From contig OX597822.1 of the NCBI GenBank assembly GCA_951406725.2, positions 41,106,001 through 41,170,000 of the forward strand: 64,000 nucleotides of DNA, read 5' to 3'. The DNA is from Octopus vulgaris. Its lineage: Eukaryota. Position numbers and translations under genes: made by a program. Positions 13,405-27,012 of this stretch are shown here, one piece after another. Within the stretch, counting starts at the first letter, position 1, and each line of letters starts with the position of its first letter. The notes under the pieces are model-generated. The model did no database searches. It was not told where the DNA came from and worked only from the letters and a program-made list of their open reading frames with translations.

Positions 13405-14064
13405 ATGTATGTATGTACGTGTGAGTCTGTACGTGTTTCTATATGTGCATTTACATATGTGTGACTGTGTATGTGTGTGTATATGTGTTCCACTGTGTGT
13501 GTGTTCCACTCTGTGTGTGTATGTGTGTGTGTAGATAGCAGCTGCTCCCAGCTAGTCTATAGTGTGTGCCTTAATTTAAGGACCCCTTCTCTATCCCTAA
13601 ACCCTGATTATATAACACTGTGAAGGGGCTGGCTTTTTATCTCCTTCACATCGTCCCTTTCTCACTCTCTTATCACCTCCTTCCTTTCTTCAGCTGCCTT
13701 CTTACCTCACTCCACCCTCTATTTCACCACCACCTCCTCTCTCGCACCTCCCTCCCTCCCTCCCTGCCCATTATTATTCTTTCCGTGCCCCTCCCCTCCA
13801 AAGTTTCTGCTTCTCGACGTTTCTAACACGCACACACTCCCACAGTCAAAAGTCTATCACTACCACCACCACCACCATCGACAATACTGCACCGCCTCCA
13901 TCACCGCCGCCTCCACCAGTACCACCACTGCTATACAACCACGGGCCGTCAACAGCACCGACGCCAACACGAGACAATGTCTATTGTTACAATATCGTTG
14001 CTCTTTTTCTGTCTTCGCTGTTGGTCACTTCGTTCATTTTGATGACTGAAATTGTAATTGATTA

Positions 14065-14153
<89 letters not shown>

Positions 14154-14244
14154 TGGTGTGTGGTGTGTGTGTAAGTGCGTTTGTGTATGTGTACAAACAC
14201 AAATATATACAAATATATATAAATACAGATATATACGCGCGGGT

Positions 14245-14289
<45 letters not shown>

Positions 14290-14531
14290 TATACATGCAG
14301 GTATGAATATATGCATATAGATAGTCATAGAGAGACAGACAGACATACAGACAAATATACACACACATACACATGTATATACATACATACATAAATACAT
14401 GTATACATACATACACACATGTATAGATATGGACATGAGTATAGATTAAAATATATACATATACGTATATAAATATGATTATATACAAATGTTTGCAAAC
14501 AGACACACACACACATAACTACATATGTACA

Positions 14532-14574
<43 letters not shown>

Positions 14575-14583
<9 letters not shown>

Positions 14584-14905
14584 TTAGAGACAAAACCACT
14601 ATTTTGCAAAACAAACAAGGAAAGACTTAATCAATACATAAAATTTTAATAAAAAGTCATAATTTGAAACTGACTTGAAAATTGGAAGTCCACCTGAAGA
14701 TTGTCGATCAGGACAAGAAACAATTGTAGTGGCGGTTTTTTTGACTTTTTATTAAAATTTTATGTATTGATTAAGTCTTTCCTTGTTTGTTTTGCAAAAT
14801 AGTGGTTTTGTCTCTAATAATATTATATAATATTTTACTATAAAATTGGATTTAATCCTAAATCTGATTTTTTTCCCTGTAAATTTGGATTTATTCCCTA
14901 ATATT
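14575..14905 (+). mobile_element. Penelope-like terminal fragment with ~85 bp inverted duplication
   Basis: 14575-14659 is the reverse complement of ~14742-14828; a hammerhead motif lies between the arms; flanked by (AT)n. Confidence 0.7.
14690..14732 (+). ncRNA. Minimal type I hammerhead ribozyme motif (canonical core)
   Basis: ccac-CTGAAGA-ttgtc(gatcag)gacaa-GAAA-c(aatt)g-TA-gtgg: stem I ccac/gtgg, 5 bp stem II, palindromic stem III, GUA cleavage triplet. Confidence 0.75.
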
Positions 14906-14908
14906 TAT

Positions 14909-14949
<41 letters not shown>

Positions 14950-15245
14950 TACACACAAACACACACACTTCATACACTCGCACAGGATGTCGCGTATATT
15001 GAAACATTGGAGATACACATCACATAGGCGTACTAACACTCGATCCACTTTACATCATGTAGTCCTAGGTATCCTGCACATAGGGAAAAGACAGGACGCT
15101 CACGGCTGGGACACCCTTTGAGCATAGGTCAGCTTGGTCAGGAACCAGCTGAGACTAAACAACATCCGCAGTAATACTGACGTATGACAAATTATAGACG
15201 TACATCGCACACTACATTCATACATACATATAGATATAGTATATA

Positions 15246-15299
<54 letters not shown>

Positions 15300-15341
15300 T
15301 GCATACATCACAAATTACTTACAAATATCACATATGAACAT

Positions 15342-15746
15342 ACAAAATCACTCGCCATATCGTATCGTGGTTCACCTATCGCGCCCTCAGTACATCACGG
15401 ATTTTTCTGGCTAATAAATGTAAATTTATATCACGGACTCTTCAGAGATGATTATTAAAATGAGTATATCTGAAATATATTCGACTGCTCTCACAAACGA
15501 GAACACTAAAAATGAATCCGACCGCTCTCAAAAATTAAATAAAAAAAAAAAAAACGAAAAAATAATCCAGTTTCCTTGTCCGGTGCCGGTTCGATCCCAA
15601 AATCTAATCAGTTCGTGCCAGTCACGTGGCCAAACATTCCTGAAAGTTTAATCCGAATCCATCCAGCGGTTCTTAAGATATCTTTTCCACGGACAAACAA
15701 ACAAACACGACTGAAAACAATACCTCCGCCTTAGCGAAGGTGGAGG

Positions 15747-15792
<46 letters not shown>

Positions 15793-15871
15793 TACTGTTT
15801 CTATTTCGCGGATTTTCACCTATCACGTGAGGTTTTGGAATATAACTCCCGCGATAGTCGAGGGATTACTG
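15342..15871. mobile_element. Degenerate pogo/Tigger-like MITE ends with a nested Helentron/HINE-like 3' end (~15560-15750)
   Basis: caaaatcactcgccatatcg.. and ..cgcgatagtcgagggattactg resemble CAGTxxxCCCTCG termini; tacctccgcc-ttagcgaa-ggtggaggta hairpin after (caaa)n. Confidence 0.45.
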
Positions 15872-15894
15872 TGCATAATTGTTATATACATTAG

Positions 15895-15970
<76 letters not shown>

Positions 15971-16411
15971 TTATGTATGTATGTACATAACATACATGAA
16001 TGCTTAAATTCATCACATGCTTACACATACATAGAATGGTCTAAAATTCTGGACACAAGGCCAGCAACTTTAGAGGAGGAATTAGTCAACTGGTAATTTA
16101 TTTTATTGAGCCCGATATGATGAAAAGCAAAGTCGATCTGGGCAGAATTTGAAATTAGATCATTGAGAGCCGGAAGAAATGACGCTAAGCATTTTGTCCG
16201 ACGCGCTAACGATTCTGCTAGCTCACCACCCTTTACACACACAGAATATATATGTATCACACATTACATCCATTATACAATACATACAGTACATATTATA
16301 TAGATAACACTATACATAGTTAAATCATATACACAGCACACACATTTCATATATAACATGGATTGTAGAATACATACATCACATATTATAAATTATAGTC
16401 AACATCGTGAC

Positions 16412-16723
16412 TGGCACTCCGTCGGTTACGACGACGAGGGTTCCAGTTGATCCGAACAACGGAACAGTCTACTCACAAAATTAATGTGAAAGTGGCGGAG
16501 CACACCACAAACCGTAATTCTCAGGGGGATTCAGCGTGACACAGAATGTGACAAGGCTGGCCCTTTTGAATTATAAGTACAACTTATTTTTTTTCCAGCT
16601 GAGTGCACTGGAGTAACGTGAAATAAAGTGCCTAGCTTAAAGACACAACGCGTCCCCCGAGTACCGAACTTACCACCTTACGCTTGTGAGCCGAATATTT
16701 TAACTATTTGGCCACACGCCTTC
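16412..16723 (-). mobile_element. SINE group C (head H1 plus tail T1)
   Basis: Reverse complement homologous to 24448-24766. Confidence 0.8.
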
Positions 16724-17116
16724 GCTACCATGTGACATAGACATTTGGTGAAACAGCATTACTATTTGACTCATCCCATTCAGTAACAGAATTCATTAAA
16801 ACTATCTCTTTCCTCTTGGCTCCTCTCTCTTCCGGCGCGCTATGAATATCAAATATCACTGCACTCATTTTCCACAAGAATTTTTCAATTTATTCTAGTA
16901 CTTTCTCAACCATTGCATTTATCCCTTGCTTAGTACTCCCACTCTTCTCCTTCATGCAAAACTTATCCCCAACCTACCTTTTTTTTTATTTTTCTGTTGT
17001 TACGCCAATATATTACTGGGATGGTCAAGGACAATGGAATGTAGCCGAAAATATAATATTTTGTCTGTCAAGGTGAGACAAAAGTCTCAGAACCCATCGG
17101 AACCAAACTAGAACTA

Positions 17117-18407
17117 CGAGGGGCGTTCAATAAGTAATGCCCCTGACCCACTTCCCATAGCAGTAGAGCAACGAAACTTGGCACAGTTATTAGTCTTTTT
17201 CTACATAGGAACCACCCAGAGTTATGTATTTCTCCCATCGTTTGATGCGGCTCTGGAGACCGTTTTTGTAGAAGAACCCAGCTTGGTCCTCCAACATCAA
17301 CGTGACTTCAGAAATCAAGGCTGCATCATCTGGGAAACGCTTTCCTTTCAAAAACAACTTCATGATTGGGAAGAGGTGAAAATCAGAGGGTGCAAGGTCA
17401 GGAAAGTAGGGGGGGGGGAGGAGTTCATAGCCATACGCCTGTGCTTCTGATCTGGCGACAAGCGAGTTGTGGACCGGAGCGTTGTCCTGCAGGAGGAGGA
17501 TGCCTTTGCTGATCTTGCCCCGCCTCTTGATTTTGATAACTTCTCTTAATTTCCTCAAAAGTGAAGCATAATAGGCTCCTGCAATTGTGGTACCCTTTGC
17601 CAGGAAATCTGTCATCACTACTCCGTCCTGGTCCCAGAAGACTGTGAGCATGACCTTGCCAGCGGAGGGCTGCACCCTTGCCTTCTTTGGAGGGGGTGAG
17701 TCACGGTGTTTCCACTGCATTGACTGGGCTTTGGTCTCTGGATCATCGTGATGGACCCAGGTTTCATCCTGCGTAATCAGTCTTTTGAAAAATTTTGACT
17801 CATCTTCTTGGCACATCTCCAAATTCACCCTCGAGCACTCGACGCGTTCTTGCTTCTGGAAAGGCGTGAGCAACCTGGGAATCCATCTGGCAGACACCTT
17901 TTGCATATGCAAATGGTCATGAATGATAGTTTCCACAGACCCGGTACTAATCTTGACCTCATGGGCTATTTGGCGAATAATTATGCGTCGATCTTCCAAA
18001 ATGGCAGCCTCAACTTGACGGACAGATGCCTCATCAATGGCAGAAGGGGGGACGACCAGATCTGGGAGCTGTTTCCACAGAGTTCCGACCATGTTTGAAT
18101 TCACGATGCCAGCGTTTTACAAGGTCATATGATGGGGCATCATCACCATAAGTTACTTTCATTTCATCAAAAGTCTCCCGTGGTGTGCGTCCTTTCAAAT
18201 ATAAAAACCGGATCACTGCTCGACACTCAACAGGCTCCATTTCACACTTGACTCGGTTCAAACACATGTAAATCAGAAACCACAATTAATTCAGAGCTGT
18301 AATTTGCCACTTACTCTATAGAGATATAAATGATTAAACATGCAAAATTTCAGCTAGATCAAACAACTGCAAGTGGGTCAGAGGCATTACTTATAGAACG
18401 TCCCTCG
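17117..18407 (-). mobile_element. Full-length mariner transposon (irritans/Himar1-like)
   Basis: 37 bp TIRs cgaggggcgttcaataagtaatgcccctgacccactt / rc cgagggacgttctataagtaatgcctctgacccactt (3 mismatches); TA at 17115-16 and 18408-09; length 1291 bp. Confidence 0.97.
17190..18240 (-). pseudogene. Mariner transposase, ~349 aa after repairing one frameshift
   Basis: MEPVECRAVIRFLYLKG..RSGRPP (frameshift in G6 run 18046-51) ..WIPRLLT..QDETW..SAGKVMLTVFWD..QDNAPVH..YFPDLAPSDFHLF..YVEKD*. Confidence 0.93.
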
Positions 18408-18595
18408 TATACTAATGTTATTTCGGCAATTGCTAGAGGGCCACATGCCTTACTCTCAAAATCCTCAACGCCTTTCATGAACACTGCAAAGGGGATAGAT
18501 TTAAAGGCTGCTTTAAAAGAACATATCGACGAATTAGAATTATAAATACACTAGTACCTCAGTTTTCGATCAACTCTGATCGCGAATAAATCGTG

Positions 18596-18653
<58 letters not shown>

Positions 18654-18789
18654 CAAAATAAGCTACAAGGATATCCAGCGGTAATGCAGTACGATCTGGA
18701 TATCCTTGTTGCTTATTTTGATTTTAGTCACCTTATTTTGAAATTGTATGGATAATACCTTACTAAATTCTGGTGCCTCAACTTAAGTA

Positions 18790-18858
<69 letters not shown>

Positions 18859-19259
18859 AAATGGGACAAGAACGCAAAACATCCAGACAGTTAGGTGATA
18901 CAAAAAAGGGACAACAAAACATTCAGATAGACGATACAAAGAAAAGATGGTCGGGTCATTCGGAGTTTTCTTTCCTCAGTTGAGTCCCAGATTATCTTTG
19001 CAATTTCGGCTGGTTATAAGTCTTGTGAGTGGCTTTGATAGACGGAAGCTGAAAGAAGCCCGTTGCATACATATATGTATATGTATGCCTTTGTGTGTGT
19101 TGTGTTTCTACCTCCACCATCGCTTGACAAACCATGTTGGTGTGTTTACGTCCCCGTAACTTAGCGGTTCGGTAAAAGCGACCGATAGAATAAGTAGAAG
19201 GGTTACAAAGAAAATAAGTCCTGGGGTCAAATAACTGAAACAAGTAAAAGAGTAAAAGA

Positions 19260-19330
<71 letters not shown>

Positions 19331-19337
19331 TGAATAT

Positions 19338-19415
<78 letters not shown>

Positions 19416-20209
19416 TCATGAATTAGCGCTCAGGTCGTGTTTGTGACGAAGCTCCAATTGCAAATGCCGGCAAATGGTCGCTGCGTAAATGAAGATTGGC
19501 TCCAGACAATGTATTGATTACGTTGGAATATGTACAAAAGGACAAAGGATAGTCAAGGCAGACAACGCGTCAGGTCAGATTATGACATGTTTATATAACA
19601 TATAGTGAAAGACAAATGCTTAGAGGAGTATAAATAGTCGGAGGTCAGTAAAAGTTCCACAATGGAGGTCAAAAAAAGTTCTCAATAGTGGAGATGTAAG
19701 CAGGTAGACTCCAGGGAGAGAAGAAAGTGAAACCGTAGTATTGATACGGCTGAGTATGGCGGATAGAAGAAATGAAAGAGAAAGCTGTACAGTTCTTTAA
19801 AGCTGTTGTTGTTGTTGTTGTGTGTGTGTGTATGTAAGTATGTGCGCGCGCGTGTGCGTATGTGTGTGTGTGTGTGCATGTAAGTATGTGCGCGCACGTG
19901 TGCGTATGTGTGTGTGTGTGGTAAGAAGTTTGCTTCCCAACGAGGCCTGAAACAAGGCCTGAAATTTGGGGGAGGGGGATAGTCGATTACATCGACCCCA
20001 TTACTCAGCTGGTACTTAATTTATCGACCCCGAAAGAATGAAGGGTAAAGTCGACCCCAGCAGAATTTGCTTAGTTATACGAAAAACAATTTTACATTAA
20101 TCTGATGGGTTACTCTATACACTTTTATAGAATTCAAATTTATTATTCTTAAACAAGAATAGCGTTGACAGTAACTTAGAAGTTTCGGCCAGCTAAACTA
20201 TCGTATAGG

Positions 20210-20370
20210 TGAAGGCGTGACTGTGTGATAAGAAGCCTCCTTCCTAACCACATGGTTCCGGGTTCAGTCTCATTGCGTGGCGCTTTGGGAAAATGTCTTC
20301 TACTATAGCCTCGGACCAACCAAAGTCTTGTGAGTGGATTTAGTAGACTAAAACTGAAAGAAGCCTGTCG

Positions 20371-20424
<54 letters not shown>

Positions 20425-20708
20425 TGTGTGTCTGTGTGTGTGTGTGTAAGCATAAAGGCACGCTGGCCAAACGCTGCTCCTCTAAATGGAAACCTTACCT
20501 GCCACTGGTTTTGTGGCACGAAGCAGGCCTTGTCGTCCACTCAAAGAAACACATTGTAAATAATGATCCACAAGCATTCAACTCAGTCCTCAACTTGTTC
20601 CATTTGCCAAACTGTTTGCAAGGCACCAGCAGGCCTCAAGATACATTCAGGTCCACAAAACATGATTACCGCTTTATTTCACTGAATCCTCATTGGTCGT
20701 TATCCATC

Positions 20709-20775
<67 letters not shown>

Positions 20776-20995
20776 GTGTGTCTGTGTGTGTAAGTGTGTG
20801 GTTACCGCTCGTCTGCCGGTATTGGTGCGTTTACGTCCTGTAATTTTACGATTCTGCAAGGAGACCGATAGAATAAGTACCAGGCTTAGAATAATTATAA
20901 TAAATATTTGGCTCGAGTCGTTCGACTAATCATCTTCAAGGTGGTGCCGCAGCATGGGCGCAGTTAAATGACCGAAACAAGACAAAAGAATAAAA
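20210..20995 (+). mobile_element. SINE family A split by an RTE-like LINE 3' fragment (~20455-20710)
   Basis: A head 20210-20370 and A tail 20790-20995; insert between GT tracts encodes C/H-rich CHWFCG..AGLVVHSKKH-like text. Confidence 0.6.
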
Positions 20996-21024
20996 TAATA
21001 TGACACACAGTCTTCCTCTTAGAT

Positions 21025-21188
21025 ATGTATCGAACTCAACCTTTTTACCCTTAGGAAACCTTTAAAATAAATTACATGTCTCAAGGAACCCCTGAACAAG
21101 ATAATTACATACCATATCTTTCTTATATTTTTTCAACGTAGTTCACGTGGTAAATATCATATTTATATATATATATATATATAGATAG

Positions 21189-21279
<91 letters not shown>

Positions 21280-21529
21280 GGGTATCCATAAATTACAGAC
21301 ATTACTAAATATATTCCCAATGGCTGTTATATTTTTTTGATAACATAATTGGTGAGACAGGATGACGTCTATCTTACAATATTACAATAACCAATAATAT
21401 GTTGCACATGTACAGTAATATTACGATCATGAAATTAGCATTAGTTTATCTCACTCTTTCTCGCTGAACCCTTAGGAACCTTTTGCGGAACACTGGGGTT
21501 CCGAGGAACAACGGTTGAGAAACGCTGGT
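21025..21529 (+). mobile_element. hAT-Charlie-like MITE remnant
   Basis: ctcaaccttttt..ggaacccctg..ggggttccgaggaacaacggttgagaaacgctg terminal motifs. Confidence 0.5.
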
Positions 21530-21725
21530 TTAGTAGGTGTTCATTGTATAGGTGTTCCTATCTTTATCATGAACGTTTCTAGATTTTCACAGTCACATCT
21601 TCAGAATGAAAAGAGGTTGGAGGGTATTCATGCCTCTTTATGATGAACTGGACCAATCGGATTGACGTTAACATTAACGCCGGAATTTGAATTTTGATTA
21701 TTCGTCGTCAGAATTGTACGTCAAA

Positions 21726-21957
21726 AAGGCGGCGAGTTGGCAGAAACGTTAGCATGCCATGCAAGATGCTTAACGGTATTTCGTCTGCTGTTACGTTATG
21801 AGTTCAAATTCCGCCGAGGTTAACTTTGCCTTTCATCCTTTCGGAGTCGATAAATTAAGTACCAGTTACGCACTGGGTTCGATGTAATCGACTTAATCCC
21901 TTTGTCTGTCCTTGTTTGTCTTCTCTATGTTTAGCCCCTTGTTGGCAATAAAGAAAT
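21726..21957 (+). mobile_element. SINE family B monomer, full length
   Basis: aaggcggcgagttggcagaaacgttagc..aataaagaaat; TSD aattgtacgtca / aattatacgtca. Confidence 0.9.
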
Positions 21958-22212
21958 AATTATACGTCATTAGCGAGGTGTTTAATTTTGTAACAAGTAC
22001 TTATTGGTTGTATGGTTATTTTAGCATTTTAGCATTGTGAGTATTCATTTCATAGTTGATCACTTCTAGCTTTGATTTTTGAAGGGAAATTTTATATAGT
22101 ATAGAGGTGTTGTCAACTAATGTTTTCCTCTAAAGTTCTGTTAAGAGTTGTGTATTGGGATACATTGCAGTTGCTACTTCTTCAAAGTGCATAGTGAGAT
22201 CGTGGCAGTTTA

Positions 22213-22285
<73 letters not shown>

Positions 22286-22418
22286 CTGCAGTACCTGATT
22301 CCAGCTGTTATATAGGGATTACAGGGAACTCGCACGTAATATGAACAAAATATTGGTAAAAATAGATAAAACTAGTTCCGTGTCGGGTATTTAATATATG
22401 CGCACCCACATACACACG

Positions 22419-22474
<56 letters not shown>

Positions 22475-22501
22475 TGTATACACACACATATATGTATATA
22501 T

Positions 22502-22568
<67 letters not shown>

Positions 22569-22782
22569 ATATCTATACATATATATATCCATGCACACAT
22601 ACACACACATACATATATATGTATATATACCGTCCCATAAAGACGTATAGGATTCTAGTCACTGATTATGTATACACGCTACGTCTGTGTATTCGCACGT
22701 TTATGTGTGAAGGTGTATGTATGCGCATGTGTGTATATGGACATGCGTGCGCGTATGCGTGTGTGTGAATGTGTGCATATGA

Positions 22783-22814
<32 letters not shown>

Positions 22815-23038
22815 GTGTGTGTGTGTGTGTGCGTGCGTCTGTGTGCCTGTGCGTACGTGTGTATGCATTAAACTATATCTACTTAAAAGCAAGCTGGCAG
22901 TAAAATTCGTGCCGGCTGGCGTTAGCACACGCCTGGCGCCGTCTGTCGGTCAAATGTTTCAGTGACGTCATAAAAGAAAATGGAGTCCAGTTTGTGACCG
23001 TCCCCAATGTATAGACAATGGGTCTCAGAGTTGTATGC

Positions 23039-23123
<85 letters not shown>

Positions 23124-23619
23124 AAGAGAGAAAGATAGAAAGCGAGAGAGGTAGTGACAATGGTGACGGAGATAAAAGTTCCGTAACTAATGGTGGAGTT
23201 GGTGTGGGGGGAGTCTTGTGGGATGCAGAAAAAGGGTGATGGGATGAGGAAAAGAGAGAGAAGGAAGGGGTTGCAATAAGTTGAGAGAGTAAAATGGGAC
23301 AGATATTATTTTATTCTTTTATACTTGTTTCAGTCATTTGACTGCGGCCATGTTGGAGCACCACTTTAGTCAAACGAATCTTTTGTTTGTTTTTTTTTTG
23401 TCCTTTTTTTTTGTTCTTTGAAGTTTGGTATTTATTCTGTTATGATGTTAATCGCGTTGTGTCCTTTTATGTCCCCTTACAATAGAGCTTCCAGCATAAG
23501 AGATCGATAAAATGTGCATCACGCTGAAATGAACATCGGCGGATCGATATCATGGACCAAACTGCTTGAAGCGAGGTGGGAATGCTCCTGGATGGTTGCC
23601 CTCCATTGATCGTAGCCAG

Positions 23620-23853
23620 TGAAGAGAATAAAAGACAACGACGACGAAAAAAGAAGAAGAAGGAGGAGGGGATGAGGAGGAGGAGAAAAGTGAAGGAGAA
23701 TGAGAAGGATGAAGAGAAGAAAAAGACGAGGAAGACGAAGGAGGAGGAAGAGGAGAAAAAGAAGGAGAATGAGAAGGATGAAGAGAAGAAAAAGAAAAAG
23801 AAGAGGAAGAAGAAGGTAGAGAAGAAAAAGAAGATGAAGATGAAGAAGAAGAT

Positions 23854-23900
<47 letters not shown>

Positions 23901-23921
23901 AGAAGAAAAAGGAGGAGGAGG
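23620..23921. repeat. Purine-rich (GAA/GAG)n low-complexity tract
   Basis: Imperfect aag/gag repeats; source of the K/E-rich ORF 23576-24046. Confidence 0.9.
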
Positions 23922-24447
23922 GGAAAAATTTAGAAAAAGTTCAAAATTTTAAATGGGGTGGCGGGGTTAATTTTATCTATTTATTTATTTATTTATTTAT
24001 TCATTTATTTAAATATTTTTGCATATTCGTAATCTTTGACTTCTAAAACGTAGGGATAAGAAAAAAATATTTCAAAAAGAATGCATTTTTCAAGGTGAGG
24101 TGCGAAACTGCGTTAGCCCCCTTTTCAGAATATTTTCTTAGCTACGGTCATGATAGATTTTTACTAAGTAAAACTCAAGGTAATCGTATCAATTATTCTT
24201 TCTAATTTTGGAACAACGCCAACCAATTTCTGGGCAGGGCGAAGGGGAATTACGTCACTCCTAATGCTTGACTGGCATGTTATTTTATCGACTCTGACAA
24301 GGAAAAAAGGCAAAGTTGATCTCGACGTGATTTGAACTCAAAGTGTAAAGAGCCGGAAGAAATGCCGCTAAATATTTTTTCCGGTGCGCTAGTAATTATG
24401 ATGATGATGATTATTATTAATGACTATCGTTATTATCAACGATTAGT

Positions 24448-24766
24448 GAAGGCGCGTGGCTTAGTGGTTAGGGCATTCGGTTCACGATCGCAAGGTCGTG
24501 AGTTCAATTCCTAGCGACGCGTTGTGTCCTTGAGCAAGACACTTTATTTCACGTTGCTCCAGTCCACTCAGCAAAAATGAGTAGTACCGGTATTTCAAAG
24601 GGCCAGCCTTGTCACACTCTGTGTCACGATGAATGTCTCTTAGAACTACGTTAGGGGTACACGTGTTTGTGGAGTGCTCAGCCACTTACACGTTAATTTC
24701 GCAAGCAAGCTGTTCCGTTGATCGTATCAGCTGGAACCCTCGTCATCGTAACCGACGGAGTGCTCC
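24448..24766 (+). mobile_element. SINE group C (tRNA-like head H1, CORE-like body, tail T1)
   Basis: A box tggcttagtgg, B box gagttcaattcc, ttgtgtccttgagcaagacac body, tail ..ccctcgtcatcgtaaccgacggagtgc. Confidence 0.85.
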
Positions 24767-24784
24767 TTTAAATTAACGATCACT

Positions 24785-25179
24785 GCCGGACGAAATGCTT
24801 AGCGGTATTTTGTCTGCCACTACGTTCTGTGTTCAAATTCCGCCGAGCTCGACTTTGCCTTTCATCCTTTCGCGTTCGATTAAGTAAGTGCCCTTAAGTA
24901 AGTACGACTTAATCCATTCCCCCAAATTTGAGGCCCTGTGCTTCCAGTAGAAAGGATTATTATTATTAACAAGGCGGCGAGCTGCCAGAATCGTTAGAAC
25001 GTCGGGCGAATTGCTTAGCGGCATTTCGCCGCTACTACCTTGTGAGTTCAAATTCCACCGAGGTCGACTTTGCTTTTCATCGTTTCCGGGTCGATAAATT
25101 AAGTACCAGTGGAATACTTGGGGTTTATGTGATCGACTGTCTCCCTCGCCATTTGTGCCCTTAGAAAGGATTATTTTAA

Positions 25180-25251
<72 letters not shown>

Positions 25252-25563
25252 TAAGGTGCCGAGCTGGCAGGGTCATTAGCTGGACGAAATGCTAAGCGGT
25301 ATTTCGTCTGCCGCTACGTTCTGTGTTCAGATTCCGTCGAGGTCGACTTTGCCTTTCATCCTTTCGGAGTCGATTAAATAAGTACCAGTTACGCACTAGG
25401 GTCGATATAATCGACTTAATCCGTTTGTCTGTCTTCTCTGTGTGTAGCCCCTTGTAGGTAGTAAAGAAATAGGTATTTCGTCTGCCGTTACGTTCTAAGT
25501 TCCAATTCCGTCGAGATCGACTTTGCCTTTCATCCTTTAGCGGTAAATAAACTAAGTACCAGC
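24785..25563 (+). mobile_element. Cluster of three SINE family B insertions
   Basis: Units at ~24785-24965, 24971-25175 and 25253-25563, separated by (ATT)n. Confidence 0.85.
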
Positions 25564-25567
25564 CAAA

Positions 25568-25569
<2 letters not shown>

Positions 25570-25599
<30 letters not shown>

Positions 25600-26104
25600 C
25601 TTCTTCTTCTTCTTCTTCTACTTCTTCCAATCAGGACTCACGCCATTAGCCACAAAGAATAATCTCTAATTCCAGCCTACTCTAAGCTACTAAGAATGCG
25701 TGTGGCAACTTGAATATCCACCCACCACAGGCGATAGACTGGCGGTTGCACGGGCACGAAAGCTACGTTGTTATCCTCATTCCGTAAACGGTGGCTTTTT
25801 TAACTGGTGGAGAGCTGAACCATCCTGGGGTACAGAGGATTCGCAATCTAGACTAGGGTCTGAAAGTTTCCCACACCATAGTGGGTTACACCATGGTTCC
25901 TCTGCTTTGTGGCAGAAGTAGGAAGAAAGTGAGAGAAAGTTGTGGTGAAAGAGTACAGTGGAGTTCACACCCCAACCCCGCCGGAGCCTCGTGGAGCTTT
26001 GCTGTTTTTGCTCAATAAACACTAACAATGCCCGGTCTGGAAATCGAAACCGCGTTCTTTCGACCTCGAGTCCGCTGCCCTAACTACTGGGCCATTGCGC
26101 CTCC
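25570..26104 (-). mobile_element. SINE group C (head H2 plus tail T4 ending in (GAA)n)
   Basis: rc begins ggaggcgcaatggcccagtagttagggcagcggactcg and shares ~180 bp with 30757; then an unrelated tail ending in (gaa)n. Confidence 0.8.
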
Positions 26105-26430
26105 AGTATTGATGTTGTTGATGTTACTGCTGTAGCTGCCGAAGATATTTGGTTTTCCCGTTGGTGGTGGAATTTTCATTAATACTACTGTAGCGATCGA
26201 TTTTAAGGCAGCGTGTTGGTAGAATCGTTAGCACAGCGAACAAAACGCCTGGGGACACTTGTTCAGGCTTTACGCTCCGAGTTCAAATTCCACCGAGGTC
26301 GACTTTGACTTTCATCTTTTCGGAATCGATGAAATGTGTGTTAGTTGAACACTGGGGTTGATGTAATCGACAAGATCCCTCCCCTAAAATTTCAGGCCCT
26401 GTGCTTATAGTAGAAAAGATTATTACTGAA

Positions 26431-26486
<56 letters not shown>

Positions 26487-26580
26487 GTATATATATATGT
26501 ATATATATGTATGTATGCATATAAATATATGTATGTATTTATATTAATATATATAAATGCACGCATACATACACACATAT

Positions 26581-26781
26581 TCTTTTACTTGTTTCAGTAA
26601 TTTGACTGCAGCCATGCTGGAGCACCGCCTTTAGTCGAGCAAATCGACCCCAGGACTTATTCTTAGGAAGCCTAGCACTAATTCTATCGGTCTCTTTTGT
26701 CGAACCGCTAGGTTACGGGGACGTAAACACACCATCATCGGTTGTCAAGCGATGTTGGGTGACAAAGACACACAAACATAT

Positions 26782-26842
<61 letters not shown>

Positions 26843-27012
26843 CATATATATACGACGGGCTTTATTTCAGTTTCCGTCTACCAAATCCACTCACAAGGCT
26901 TTGGTCGGTCCGAGGCTATAGTTGAAGACACTTGCCCAAGGTGCCACGCAATGGTAATGAACCCGTAACCATGTGGTTGATAAGCTACTTACCACTCAGT
27001 CACTCCTGCGCT
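26581..27012 (-). mobile_element. SINE family A
   Basis: Full reverse-complement copy with internal (CA)n(TA)n. Confidence 0.9.

Noticed and set aside
17190-18240. SETMAR/Metnase-like host gene
   Set aside because: No SET domain, and the ORF is bounded by TIRs and TA duplications, so it is a transposon
23576-24046. 156 aa K/E-rich ORF
   Set aside because: Derived from a (GAA/GAG)n tract; no domain or splice support
24448-24520. tRNA genes at group C heads (also 30757, 33570, 38049, 55398)
   Set aside because: A and B boxes are present, but there is no complete cloverleaf and each continues into a SINE body and tail
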